From Anthoceros angustus (Eukaryota > Plantae > Anthocerotophyta): 64,000 nt of DNA. The stretch is taken from the NCBI GenBank assembly GCA_010909165.1, contig VJWM01000011.1, positions 310,001 through 374,000 of the forward strand. Reading direction: 5' to 3'. The position numbers and the translations under genes were made by a program. Positions 1-11,930 of the stretch are shown one piece after another (the first letter of the stretch is position 1; every line of letters starts with the position of its first letter). The notes beneath the pieces are model-generated. The model saw only the letters and a list, made by a program, of their open reading frames with translations, searched no databases and was not told the DNA's origin.

Positions 1-730
1 GGATGCTCAGGCTGGTGGCACTACTCTCATCACCTAAATAGACCTTCTCAGAAATTGCCGAAAGCACCAAACTGGTAAAGAAAGACTCATCCTTACAGAT
101 ATGAGCAGTAGCTCCTGAATCTAGACACCAGCAGTCAAGCTCACTCGTAGAAGTGTTCAAGCAAATAGTCAATATTTTAACTACCGGCTTGCTTGAAGTG
201 GATGCTGGTTCTATCGGTTGCTTATCTCCCATATGGTGTGAAGAGGAATGTGCAGCAGGCCGAGGAACTGCCCGTTGAGGCTCTCCTGCCTTCTTCTTGT
301 GACATTCGCGAGCCCAATGGCCAGGTAATCCGCACCAATAGCAATTACCTTGTCGTTTTGGGTGAGAGGACATGCACCATTAATAGTGCAGGATTAATCA
401 AGAACCTAAACCCTAAATCAAGGATGCAACCTGGACAACGCAATAATTGCGTTGTCCAGGTTTCATCCTTGACTTACCTCGATTTGGTGGTCAGCCCTGC
501 ATTGCGCTATAAACTCTGTTGTCGACTTTGAGCTTGTGTCCAGAAGTAAGGCGGCTTTGTTCCTCTTGAAACAAAGCCCCAATCATCTCTTCAAGCTTGT
601 TGTGGTACTACTTTCGCTGACGGCCAGCCGGGCCAGCACCAGTCCCGTGTCGTTGCAATATGAGGTCCGTTCCCAAGGGAATGACTTGTTCCGTTTGCGC
701 ACGTTTCCTTATATCTACTACCGATGCGTC
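1..730 (-). mobile_element. Ty1/copia LTR-retrotransposon remnant (gag zinc knuckle + aspartic protease); continues beyond the window start
   Basis: Minus-strand translation gives the CCHC knuckle CYWCGLPGHWAREC (343-302) in frame with the copia protease motif WCLDSGATAHICKD (130-89). The upstream gag part is interrupted. The left boundary is the window edge and the right boundary is approximate. Confidence 0.85.
418..472. repeat. Near-perfect foldback palindrome, 27-bp arms, 1-nt loop, inside copia gag
   Basis: tcaaggatgcaacctggacaacgcaat-a-attgcgttgtccaggtttcatccttga, with one mismatch between the arms. Confidence 0.95.
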
Positions 731-1201
731 TCAAGAATATGTAACACATGTAGCATTATTTTATTTTTAAAATTTACCTTAAAATAAATATCTTTCAGTA
801 TTATTTTATCTTTGAAGTTCATCTTAGAATAAATATCTATCGTATTATTTTCATCACTTCACTATGACATACCGATAGAAACAGTTAAAAACTTTTCCAA
901 GGTTTTCTAAGCCTTCTTAACTATATATTAATATTATATTGAAGATATAAAATAAACTTTTTTAAGGTTTTTCTCAAACCTTCTTAAAAATAAAGTATAA
1001 TTTATCCTCCTTTTGTCATGACAGTCAACTAATGAATTGAGACTATGATGTGATTCATCCGTGCATCATTTTTATCACGTGTCAATGAGGCCTAGCTAAT
1101 GGTCAAGGCTATGAACTATGAAACGCTGGGCTTTGGTCGTTTCTCGAAACTTGGATTTCACTTTGAAAATAAAAATCTGGACACCTCATTGATAATGTCC
1201 G

Positions 1202-3866
1202 TTACAAGCTACACAAACTCTCGAATCCCATGTAGGCTCCTGCGAAATAGGCCTTAACATTCTTCAAAGTGCCAATTAATCCTGCGAACACATTGCGTCA
1301 CAAATTTCAAATCACATAAAAATCTAGGAACCAATGCTTCCCATGCGTATGGCCGTGAAAGTGCAATAAAACATCATACCCAGGAAGATCGCACTCAAAC
1401 CGATGACCGTGCCTAAAGTGAAAGTGATGATAGAGGCTCTGCCAGTGATGGCAACCAGCTGCCTCATAATGTGGACGCCAACAGATGCTGCCACCAGAAT
1501 CCCCAGCCCAAAGTAGACAGCTATTTCATCACACCACGACGATCATCAGCTGGTGCTCGGCAGTTTAACATGTTTGCATGCTTCTGAACATGCCAATGGC
1601 AATTCTTACCGAAGTTTACAGGGAGCCGCCCGAGCAAGTAGTATTCCAGCACTGACATGGAAGAAGAGAACATTATCATGAAAGTGGAGGTAGCGGATGT
1701 GACCTGCAGAAATACAAGCAGTCATCACTATTTCGTATTGGTGGTAAGATCCGCACCATACTGGTACTGACAACATGATGGAACTAAAAATTATGACTTG
1801 GTGATGCCTGCTGTAGACACCTGCGGAGAAATTCCCAATTCCAGGAACATGGGTCCCAAGATCATGCCGCCTCCTATGCCAAGGAAGCCTCCGATTGTGC
1901 CAGCAAAACAGGAAATTAACGGGTACAGGATCAGTTTGTCAATGGTCCATGCCACTTCCGCTGCTTCAGAGGGTTCACTACGTGCAAGATCCTGCTTGCA
2001 CCATATCCTCCACGCACCAGTGGCTGATGCTAGCAACGAGACAGGGATCTGCATCATGCAAGAGTTGGTGACAAGACTGCACTTCTCCAACTGGAGCAAT
2101 AGGCAGCAATTGGGCAGTTTGTCCAACTTACCTGCGAAGCATTTAGAACCCAGTACAGCAAACCACACTTGGTGGCCCTCACTTCCTGCACCCGTTGGAT
2201 CAAACCTCAGGAATGGTTCTCCTTGTCCGAGTACAGTCCACACTGACAGAGGTTGATTTGATTCACGCAGGCAGCTGGGAAGTAGTAGGGGTCACCTTCA
2301 CAATTTGTATGATGGAGAAAGCTATCCATACCAACACCATCAGCCGTATCTCTGTCCACATAGTTGGCGGTTGTGCCACCTGACAAGGGCAAATCATCCA
2401 GAAATTCCAGAATCAATTTGGCGACCCATAAATCGAAACAATTGCGGCCTCGGCCTCGGCACTGCTTTGACTTGACGTGAAAAGTACTTTGGGCAGGAGG
2501 GCTTCACGACTGGATTCGGGTACAGCCTGGCTCCCAGTTCTGCTGCATACTTGAAGCCCTGAAGTTGTGTCAGAAAAATGCAACTGTCTGATTAGTACAC
2601 ATCAACCAAATTATACTGCACACTGTTGTACAGAGGCCAGTAGCTGTCCAAAGGGAATTAGACATCGAACCTGTCATTTTCTTCTCCGACGAAGCCTATG
2701 ATTTCAACAACAGCACACAGAACGGCATGAGAATTTCGTCACTAGCAGATGAACTCGATGAAGTTGTGTACAGCAAGTTGAGAGATTGTCAGGGTTTGCA
2801 CCTCTGTTTCTTTCTTCCACAATGCCAGCCCATTTTTGAAGCACTTGTAAGCCATGACTGCAGCAGAAACCAACCATGTTGCACAGGTCTCAGAACAAGC
2901 ACGCCAGGAATTGGTGAGATGTTACTGATCATTGCAAGGAATTACCGACATTGGGCACGTGCACGTGGTATGAGGCTTACAGAAGACAACAAGGATGAGA
3001 AGCACTGTGAGGACCCAGTCTGGAAACGTTGAATTGCACATAACACCCAGACTGATTCCCAGCATCAGCATAGGTTGCAGCAACAACGCCATCTCATAAT
3101 CGATCAGTGCCCGGTTGAGCTTGGGATGCCTCTGTCGCACATTGTGCAATGCAGTCGTGGTTGACCCCACGAACACCAAGGCTGCACAGATTACATAGAC
3201 CCCCCACAAATCCATGAGCTGCGAACGCTGCTGCAAGTCTTGGATCATGTTCATGGCAAGTATCCCTATGGCATTACTACATTCACGCCTGTGGATGACA
3301 GCACACGGTGCTTGCACTAGTTGTCATGCTTACATTTGGACAAAGCAGCTGCAGTTCTGGGATCAAAGCCAAGCAGAAGTGTGAACATCGGAATGAAAAT
3401 GCCACCGCCGCCCACACCCGATGCACAGGCCATGGCACTTCCTATCAGAATCAAAACTGTGCTCAAAATCAACTTCCAGCTGATTTCAAACGCCTGCCAA
3501 AAGCACCATTTTTGAGTCATCTCATTCCTGGGTCGTGACACCTTTAAGGTGCAACATTAAACAGCTTCCCAAATGCATGCCAACCACTGCATGCAGCTGA
3601 CTACTGTAATTAGACCATGAAGCTTTGGATGTGTCACAAAGACAAACCGGCCAGTCGTCGTTCTTCTGAAAAATCGAAAGAAGAGCGACAGGGGAATCGA
3701 AGGATCCGCCATTTCCATTTCCATTTCCATTTCCACTCCCATTTTCGTGGGCCCTCAAAGCCGTCACATCACTCGCGTCTGCAGACTTCACAGCCTCTCC
3801 GCCGCAACACGCTGCCAGCAACAGCAGCGACAGGACAGCGAGCACGATCGGGCACCGATCGCCCAT
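1202..3866 (-). CDS. Sulfite exporter TauE/SafE family membrane protein (multi-exon)
   Basis: Exon 1 (3866-3648) reads MGDRCPIVLAVLSLLLL...DDWP and exon 2 reads AFEISWKLIL...ACASGVGGGGIFIPMF. Further motifs are IDYEMALLLQPMLMLGISLGV and GFLGIGGGMILGPMFLELGISPQV. The last exon ends YMGFESLCSL* at 1202. GT-AG junctions are present where checked. Confidence 0.9.
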
Positions 3867-5182
3867 AGATGTCCAAATCGGAGACAAGGAAACTATTATC
3901 CCACACTGCTTGCGTATGCAGCAGAGCCCAACTCCAGGATGTTGCAGTACGCACGCGGGCTGGGAGACCCGGAGGTGAGGAGTTCCAATTGGAGCGGCAG
4001 CGTAGCCGTGGCGTACGAACAAGGCGAGGGAAGTGGCTGTCTCGAGTGTGATGTGCACGAAAGAGGGGGAGAAGGATGGGCTGAGGCGCATGCTCTGACA
4101 TATCCATGGAGCCCAAGTTGCTCCTCGATTTGGAAAATTGTCTGCTGTCCAGCCCTTGCGCCTCGGAAGCGGCAGCGTGACAGCGGGGCCCAACACCCAC
4201 GCTCCACTTGCCGTCTTGTGGGTGTGTGAAAGCAGGTATTTCCGGTTCAACTGCATTTCTACATCTCCTGCAACTGCGTGTTTCGCGAGCCCATGTCTTC
4301 CCCTTCACTTCCCTTCCCTTTCCTTCCTTGCCCTCCCCCGCTGATGATGCAAAGGGCTGCAGCGAATCTCGATCCCCACACGCAGCCGGCATGGAGGCAG
4401 AGTGCCGTGATTCCGCTTGGGGCTGCGCGCCGGTGTCCAGCATGGCATGGCATGTTGTGGCCGGAGAATTTGACCCGATCTGCTGCTTGCTATGACATGG
4501 ACGCTCTGGAGACTGTACGATCTGCATGTTTGTGTGCACCCGAGATCTGTTTTGGTAGTAGTCCTCCACCACATGTTGGATCCACACCCTGCTCTGACTG
4601 TTGGATGCGCATGTCACATGATTGACATGTGTCATGTCATGCTCATGGGGCAGCACATGAAGCCCGTCTTGGCCCAGCGCCACCCGTTGGGCACCTTAAT
4701 GTTTGTTGAACCGCGCAGATGCACCAAGCGGAAGGCTCTCGCGATCATGATCATGCATGGATGTGAGTGCGATGCCACCTCACCCTCGCCGGCTTCGACA
4801 CCTGAATGCAGTTTGGTGATCGCCATGGCCCCAGCCCGTAGTCGCTGGTCGCCAACCTGCGACGTGACGTGAGTAGGAGATGGCGCCATGCCCATGCAGG
4901 CCCAGGCCCCCGTCGGCAAGTCGGTCTCCAACATGCGAAATGAGGAATAAAGGCGATGGCCCTGATGCCCCGCCGCCATACCTATATGTAGCCTACGTAC
5001 CTAAAGAAAATATCTCCAGGCGGGATCAACCAACGGGGGGTAGCAAATGGATCACCATATTTCTACCGTCCTGGGGTTGGGGTGGACACTGGACAACTCT
5101 TCGATGGGATGTTACCTTGTATTTCCAAACCCTGAATGACAACCAAGTCCGAAACGACTCCCTTTTGTGGGGACTAGACGCC

Positions 5183-5264
5183 TTGGCTCTTGGCCCTTTA
5201 GTGGTTCCCCCTCGGTTTGGGTATTGGCTCTTGGCCCTTTAGTAGTTCCCCTTGGTTTGGGGTA
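5183..5264. repeat. Tandem duplication, 2 x 41 bp
   Basis: ttggctcttggccctttagt(g/a)gttcccc...ggtttggg(g)ta occurs twice. Confidence 0.9.
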
Positions 5265-5661
5265 GATGGGTTTTTCCATCTCTCTTTATTAATAAAGTTT
5301 TTAATTTATTCATAATTTGAATGTGATATATTGATAGATTATTTTTAAGGAATTTTTTTCTTTATATAGCTAATATAAAAACTTTACTCATTATATTCCG
5401 TCCAAATCCCAAGAATTTTTTAAAGAAACTCATTAATTTCCCGCCTCCCCTCCCCTCACCCTCAAGTAGTGTTTACATTGAGTTTGAAGCCTCCTCCGTC
5501 CGTCGCCCCAATACCACACCACCCTAATAATAGGGTGGTCCATTGGCAACATCTGCAGATGGAAGTTTCCGTCTGCGGTTGTTGCCGACGAACTATTTAC
5601 GCATTAGAAAGTACTTTTCACCTTATCATAACTACATAGTGGGTCGGTGTTCCAGGCATGG

Positions 5662-5747
5662 GAACACCGGCCCGTCTCCTACGTTGAAGTCTTTTTGTGA
5701 ACACCGGCACGTCTCCTACGTTGAAGTCTTTTCACGAACACCGGCCC
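5662..5747. repeat. Tandem duplication, 2.3 x 37 bp
   Basis: gaacaccggc(c/a)cgtctcctacgttgaagtctttt repeated. Confidence 0.9.
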
Positions 5748-6223
5748 ATGATGCCAAGTTCCGATCAACAAGTATCTTGGGCAGCCCGGGTCAAGTCCAC
5801 CATGGATTGGCCACAACGATTTATCTACATGTGGCCTCACGTGCTCACACTGATACCCTCGTCCGTCGCCCGCTATATGCGGGCTTGCCAATGGATGGAG
5901 GGCGAATTCAATGTAAACACCACTTCACCCTCACCCTCACCCTCACTCCTACCTCACCCCACCCCCACGAAACGAAAGCCATACTACATGGAAACTATTC
6001 CCATGTTCTAGTTTTTTGTGCATTGGAGAAGCCTTTTCTTGGATAGTGTTAATTTTTATGACCAATATCTTTCATAATATTTTTTGTCCCGTGGAAAAAA
6101 TATGGCATATAGGACCTCTAGAAAAGGCCTTGCCAAGGTACTAAATACCTGGACCATCACATCAGTGTCTACATAGTAATAGCTCCCGTTTCCACAAACA
6201 TAAGGCTAAGACTAAATGAACAC

Positions 6224-6267
6224 AAGCTTAAGACTGAACAAACATAAGCTTAAGACTGAACAAACAT
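6224..6267. repeat. Perfect tandem duplication, 2 x 22 bp
   Basis: aagcttaagactgaacaaacat twice, with degenerate flanking copies. Confidence 0.9.
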
Positions 6268-6735
6268 AAGACTAAGGAGATCTTCAGCTTCATAATTTAA
6301 CCTTAGTTGCAGCACAATTCGAACTTAGTTCAATGTCTAGTTGGCCATGTGGCCAACTGATGAACTGTACCAACCGGCTGGCATGCCTTCCAGTTTGCTG
6401 AAGTGGTAGGGTATAGTTTAGTTCAAGCTAAACTGATCATCGAACTGTACTATTTACAAATCCTCCATAATTCACTGACAACTAAGGTTAAATAAAATTT
6501 TTTTACCTTCTATCACTTACTCCATGTTACTTTAGATTATTTTCATCTTACTCCATGCTATTTTCTTCTTCCCGCCTGTCGGGTTAGCCCATTTCCAAAC
6601 TTTCGGCTATGGTCTCATAATGCTTGTATCATGCTTGAGATCGTGGTCAAGAAGGGAGTCTAGTTCAATAAGTACTAACCTCATGGACGCATGAAGAATT
6701 AATGGCTTTATGCGAATGTAAGCCTTAAAAGGCAG

Positions 6736-6778
6736 AGGCATTGATCAATGCCTTTGAGCAAACTCATGAGTTTGCTCA
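6736..6778. repeat. Two abutting perfect palindromes (18 bp and 24 bp)
   Basis: aggcattgatcaatgcct (6736-6753), one base, then tgagcaaactcatgagtttgctca (6755-6778). Confidence 0.95.
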
Positions 6779-6960
6779 TCAACAAAGTCAAATCCATCGG
6801 CAATCAAAAGCAAAAGTGGCTTGTGTGGCGAAAATGGCTGCTTCTATCTCACTAATGCAAAGGGTAATGCTGTCATCTAGGTCCATCACCATCTCTCTAT
6901 CTTTGGCGTTTGACAATTGAAGCCGTCTTTACTAGCTAGTTCAAAGAACTACAACCCAAT

Positions 6961-7100
6961 CATAATGACACCCAAGTTGCAGACACTCGCTCACCAAAGC
7001 GAAGCTAAGCCCAAAACAGACATAATGACACTGAAGTCGTAGACACTCGCCCACCAAGCCTAAGACACCTAAGTCATAGACACTAAGCCCAAGCTAAGCT
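6961..7100. repeat. Degenerate ~60-bp tandem repeat
   Basis: cataatgacac...agacactcgc(t/c)cacca at 6961 and 7021, plus a partial third copy. Confidence 0.75.
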
Positions 7101-8710
7101 ACGCTTAAAAGTGACATTTTGGGTAGGGAAACACCCAAGGAACATGGCCAATTAAATAGTGTCGGGTGAACCGAAATTCAAATGATGTAATGAAAATTAA
7201 TAGTACCATTCATTTCACGGTTGCCTGTCCGAAGGTGTTTATAATTTGATTTATACGATTCGCAATTTATAACTGCTCAGTTCTTGATGAACAGAGCCAT
7301 TTTTACTATGTGGCATTTGTTATTTTTTATAGTTCGGCCAAACTACAAATCCGTATGGATCCTAAGACTTAACAAACATAAACCTTAGATTGGACAAAAA
7401 CATACTTAAGATTGAATAACATAATTGAAAACTACTCACTTAATTCAAATCTACAGCAGAATCTGTTTCAAAGTGTAAATCAATAATTATTGTACAGTAC
7501 AGCTCCTCGCCTCTTCGGATACGAAATCTCCTCGTGCAGTAGAAAGCACATCTCTTTTGAACACCTCTCCGACAAATGATGCTGGTGATTAGGATGTGCA
7601 TGGATAAGCAACTCTTTTAAATCAATGATCATCTAAGTTATTTCCTTCACGATAATTTGATGGAAATAATTCCAACATCTCTACTTAAAGCTATTAATAG
7701 AAGTAATAAGAGCAGTCTTGGTTGGTGGAAAAATTCCATGGAGTAAAGTCACGATAGAGAGAGGTTGTTCTAAATGTCTTCATCCTAAGATACATCTTCT
7801 AGTCAAAATCTCAGGCTTAAAAAAGTGTCATCAACCTGTGAAAGAGGAGATCACAATCAACGTAACTTTTAACACTTTGAACAAAATTAAAGACCAAGAA
7901 AAAAGCAAACAAATCAGGAATAAGCAGTTATCCAAACTTACATATCCGGAGGAGTCTCTTCTTGGTGTTTAAATTTTGCACTTAACGAAAGAAATAAATG
8001 CAAATCTTATTTTAAAACCTCACAAGAGCTTCGAACTCTCGCAAGGGTGTAACCCACTTGGGAACTCCAGTTGCTTTATAAAGCAAATCACCCTTTGTCT
8101 AGCTTAGCCATCTTGGCGTGTAAAGGGGATTGAACTCCCGCCCATGACCTTATTGATGACATCTTCAAGCAAGTCGAGGTAGAATCCAGAACCTAGGAAA
8201 CCTTAAGGCTCTCACCCTGACCTCCAGCCCTTATAAAAAATCATTATTATCGCTATCATTAGAGGTTTTAAGATTTTCAATAGCAAAGGTGGATATTTAG
8301 TGAGGTGGATGGATGACTCATTTTTTTAAAAGCTTTCTTTCAATACTTTGATTCTTGCTTGTTGCAGCTTTGAGCGAGATTCCTCACGCAAATGGGCTAG
8401 ATTTATTGCATCCAATTTGATGAGTGTTATCCTTGGTAAGGTGTAGGGTGGTGGTTTCCATTGAGGTCCTTCTTTTTTAGCTCGATGGTGCTTAGGGGAT
8501 GTGCAATATTGATGGTCTTGTAGACTAGGCGCCCGAGCTAAATTGTACATCACCACGTAAGCGATATGAAACTCTACACCGCCATCACGCAAGCTAGGAG
8601 GCGAACGTCTAGGGGCCTAGCCTTAGAATGACAGTTTGTGATGCATCAACCTCGTGAATCTATGCTCTTGTACTTACTTAGCGGTTTCAGCTTTCAAGAT
8701 TAGTGGCAAG

Positions 8711-8770
8711 TGCGCGGCTCACAAGTCAGTGGATTCTCGCCTGCCAATATTTTGACTTGTGAGCCGTGCA
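8711..8770. repeat. 60-bp inverted-repeat mini-element (18-bp arms, 24-nt loop) flanked by AAG on both sides
   Basis: tgcgcggctcacaagtca ... tgacttgtgagccgtgca with one mismatch; aag at 8708-8710 and 8771-8773. Confidence 0.8.
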
Positions 8771-9073
8771 AAGTTATTTAACTAATCAAGTATTCTTTCT
8801 TAAGACAAAGTAATCTAAGACAGGTTTTTGAAACCTTGGACAGAGTGGTGACTAAACTTTCAAGTACTATCACTTTCTTTCCTCCATAACTTCCAAGTTC
8901 TTAGACATAAAACTTAACATATTTATAGCATCGGCTGACGTGTCTTGAGCATTCTTCTTCTTTTTGGCATTAATAGGGAAGGCCAAGGATTGGGCAAGTC
9001 CTTGGCCATGTCTTCATTACTCACACTGCTCATTGAAGAATTGTTCTTATCAGACCGCAAGAAGGCGATGCGA

Positions 9074-9141
9074 GAGGTCATCGTGAGAAAGCGACACATG
9101 AGGTCATCGTGAGAAGACAATGCGAGAGGTCATCGTGAGAA
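9074..9141. repeat. Minisatellite, 3 copies with 26-bp period
   Basis: Core gaggtcatcgtgagaa at 9074, 9100 and 9126. Confidence 0.9.
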
Positions 9142-9794
9142 GGCGGGAGCCCTAAATCATTATTCATGATTATTAATTATGATACTAGGATCACGCGAAT
9201 ATGATAGAACCGGGACAAGCCTCTTGGACTATCCTGATGGCTAATTTTGGAACACTGCGAACTCACCGCGGGCACAGTTCCATATGTGAGCTCGGATGAG
9301 CCTTTCACATCAAAGACGACAAGCGAACTGCGAACGGCGTAATGCTTTGGCAGATTACAAAAATAGTATAACTACGGGCATAGCCGGCCTCACAGCGCCG
9401 TAAGCACCGAACGGCACAGTGCGAAGCGCACTGCGTGGCTTTATGACCCTCCGTGATAAGCGGGCCGGGTCGGCATGATAAGCGGGCCCGGTCCCGGTGG
9501 CCTAACCTAATGACGATGATATATAATCTCACTGGCTTAGCCATACGGCTATATAAGCATGTGGATAGGGTGTGGTCTAGCTTTTGGCCGTGTTCCTTGT
9601 GCAGGGTGTGCTCTAGCTTGTGGGCGTGTTTTTTTGCAGATGGTCACTCGCCATGATGGAGTGTGTTCTTTTTGAGTTGTGTTCTTTCATGACATAAGTC
9701 TCCTCATGATAGAGTGTCGGTTAATGTCTTTTTGGTGTTGAGTTTTAAGGATTATTTTTTCTTATTTTTAGCCTGATTTTTTATTAATATCATT

Positions 9795-11407
9795 ATGAGT
9801 ACATTTGCATATTTATGTCTTCAATTATTACTACAAGCTCATGATTCTATTCCTCCTACTCATGATGAGGATGATAATTTGATGTTATACTCCATGTTTA
9901 TAGCTGTAATGGTCACATTGCTTGCGGCTGGAAGTGAAGAGGAGATCATTCGGAAGCGAAGGAGAGTATGGTGGAAATTTCCTTGTCAAATCACTCTATG
10001 GCGGGATGTACACATTCTTGCAGGAGCTACTCACATCTTTAGAGATTTGTGTCCAATGTCTAGTTGCCAGGTTGCCGCGCTTGAGGTGGACCACTTGCAT
10101 CTCGATATATGCCTCGATTAGTCGCAGTTGCTTCTTCAGTCCAAGTGATGACCTCCGAACGTTTTCCTGCGGCGTCTGCATATTCCCTAGCACTCCCCGG
10201 CAGCACATCATCATCCGAATCTTGCTCCATATTTTCTGTACCGGCCAGAAGCGACTCATGAGTACTTGTATTGGTGAAGATATGCATGGCTTCCTCCATT
10301 GTTCAGAGAGGTCATGCAGCACAAGGCAAGGCAAGGCCTTGTCCGCAGCACCCACAGCACAGGGCTTGGCAAATTGAAGGGGATGAGGTACGGGATGCTC
10401 AATGGCGTTTTGCTTACAGGATGTCGTACCCTAACTTCATGGCTTTAGTTGACCTTTTCAAGCCATACATTGTGCGTGCTGGGTTTAGAGAACCTCTGGG
10501 GTTGCACCATGCTATTGCCATAGTTTTGCATCGGCTTGCTACAGGCCTTCCTCCTCATATTGTTGCTGACATGTATGGAGTTGGTGCATCTACCGTGGTT
10601 CAATATACCTTGTTAGTTCTGGAGGTTTTAAGCAATCCGAAGTTGTTTTCCAAATTTATTTCTTGGCCTTCGCCAATGGATATCTCGGCAAGATTTATGG
10701 AACTCACAGGTTTACCCAATATGGTTGGAGCTGTTGATGGGTCACATATTAAACTAGCTGCACAACCAAATAAACAGGACAATCCTGTGGCTTATTGGTG
10801 TCGCCATGATATTCATTCTGTTGTTCTGCAAGGAATCTGTGATGCTAACAAGTTATTCCTAAATGTTTCTTGCACACATCCTGGTGGAGTACATGATGCA
10901 ACTATTTTGAGAGAGAGCAGTATATGGCAAAGGATGGTTCAGGGTCAAATTTTAACAGAGCCATCCTTGGAGGTTTCTGGGACAACAATCACTCCTTATA
11001 TTGTGGGGGCGGTATGCCCTTTGATGCCTTTTTGATTAAAGCATTTCATGCAAGGAGGTGACAATGAGAAAGCCAAGTTCAACAAGAGCATGCGTCGGGG
11101 GCGTGTGAAAATAGAGAAAGCATTTGCTCTATTGAAGAACAAATGGCGCATACTAAAGAACTTAAATGTGAGGTTGAAATATGCACCTCAAGTTGTCATA
11201 GCTTGTTGTGCACTTCATAATTATTGCATTATGATTGGAGAGGCCCAACCTAGTGATGTTGAGGACGACCCGTTTCCTTTACATGGCCTCCGCAATAGGA
11301 ATATGTGGGATGATATATCTGTTAGGCAGATGCATAGTGAGGCAAAAATAAGGAGGGAAGCCTTATTTCAAGGCTGGAAAAATTCCCGGCATGGGGAAGC
11401 CGCATAA
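9795..11407 (+). pseudogene. PIF/Harbinger DDE transposase (HARBI1/DDE_Tnp_4-like), disrupted
   Basis: N-terminal RKRRRVWWKFP, then WRFAYRMS, AIVLHRLATG, LPNMVGAVDGSHI (first Asp), VVLQGICD, PGGVHDATILRES, RVKIEKAFALLKNKWRIL (Glu) and ACCALHNYC. At ~11000-11040 the GDxxYPL motif reads GAVCPL (no Asp) and a 1-bp T-run deletion shifts the frame. Confidence 0.9.
10003..10299 (-). pseudogene. Myb/SANT-like trihelix DNA-binding fragment (Harbinger ORF2-type), antisense inside the transposase 5' region
   Basis: ATG at 10299; WTEEAT-(frameshift)-RLIEAYIEMQVVHLKRGNLATRHWTQISKDV resembles the trihelix pattern W...LI.AY....RGNL...HW..I...V. The third helix is missing. Confidence 0.7.
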
Positions 11408-11439
11408 TTTTGAGGAGTACAGTGTGTGTAACAGAAAAC

Positions 11440-11770
11440 AAATCTACACAACAAAAACATAGAATCGTTTAGCTACTACCGCTCGTCCACATTCGATGCC
11501 TTTTCTTTGGAGCCTTTCCTAAAACCACAGCTATGTGTAGTTGGTTCTCCACGCATCATTGTTTCTTCATATCATGCTCTAATAGAAGTGTTTGCATCTT
11601 CATAGAGTTTTCCATTTTGGCCTCAATTCTTGACGAGCAAAAGCGCTAACCCAACGATGTCCTTGCCCAATCCGGTAGAAGACCTCCGCTTCACTTTTCT
11701 CGTTGTATACCCTCTTGAGCTTCTTGGTCACTATCGGCGCCAAGTTGAGGATGCAGTGGGGTATGGCCCC
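11440..11770 (-). pseudogene. Possible C-terminal coiled-coil remnant of Harbinger ORF2
   Basis: Frameshifted minus-strand peptide KRRSSTGLGKDIV...AFARQELEAKMENSMKMQTLLLEHDMKK, lying tail-to-tail with the transposase; the similarity is weak. Confidence 0.35.
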
Positions 11771-11930
11771 ATGGCCATGTGCTCCTGCACTATTCAACGT
11801 AAGAAAAGAAGACCACACACAAGACTGCACGAGGTTAGCAATCTCCACTTACAACAAAGGCCTACCCAACCACACAAGAAGGACTCATCTCAGTTTGGCA
11901 GACACACATCAAAGAGACCAAGTTGGCAGC

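Noticed and set aside
3769-4683. 304-aa ORF and overlapping ORFs upstream of TauE
   Set aside because: No recognisable motif; they are explained by stop-poor GC-rich sequence. Only the part from 3866 down is TauE exon 1.
5697-6011. SWIM/MuDR-like CGLTCSH motif
   Set aside because: It lacks the upstream CxC and any other transposase motif.
7490-7560. SET-domain-like peptide AFYCTRRFRIRRGEELYC on the minus strand
   Set aside because: It is a single short motif with no NHSC motif or open frame around it, so it could be chance.
8114-8143. tRNA 3'-half or primer-binding-site-like sequence (tggcgtgtaaaggggattgaactccc)
   Set aside because: T-stem pairing is poor, there is no D or anticodon arm, and no LTR or gag follows.
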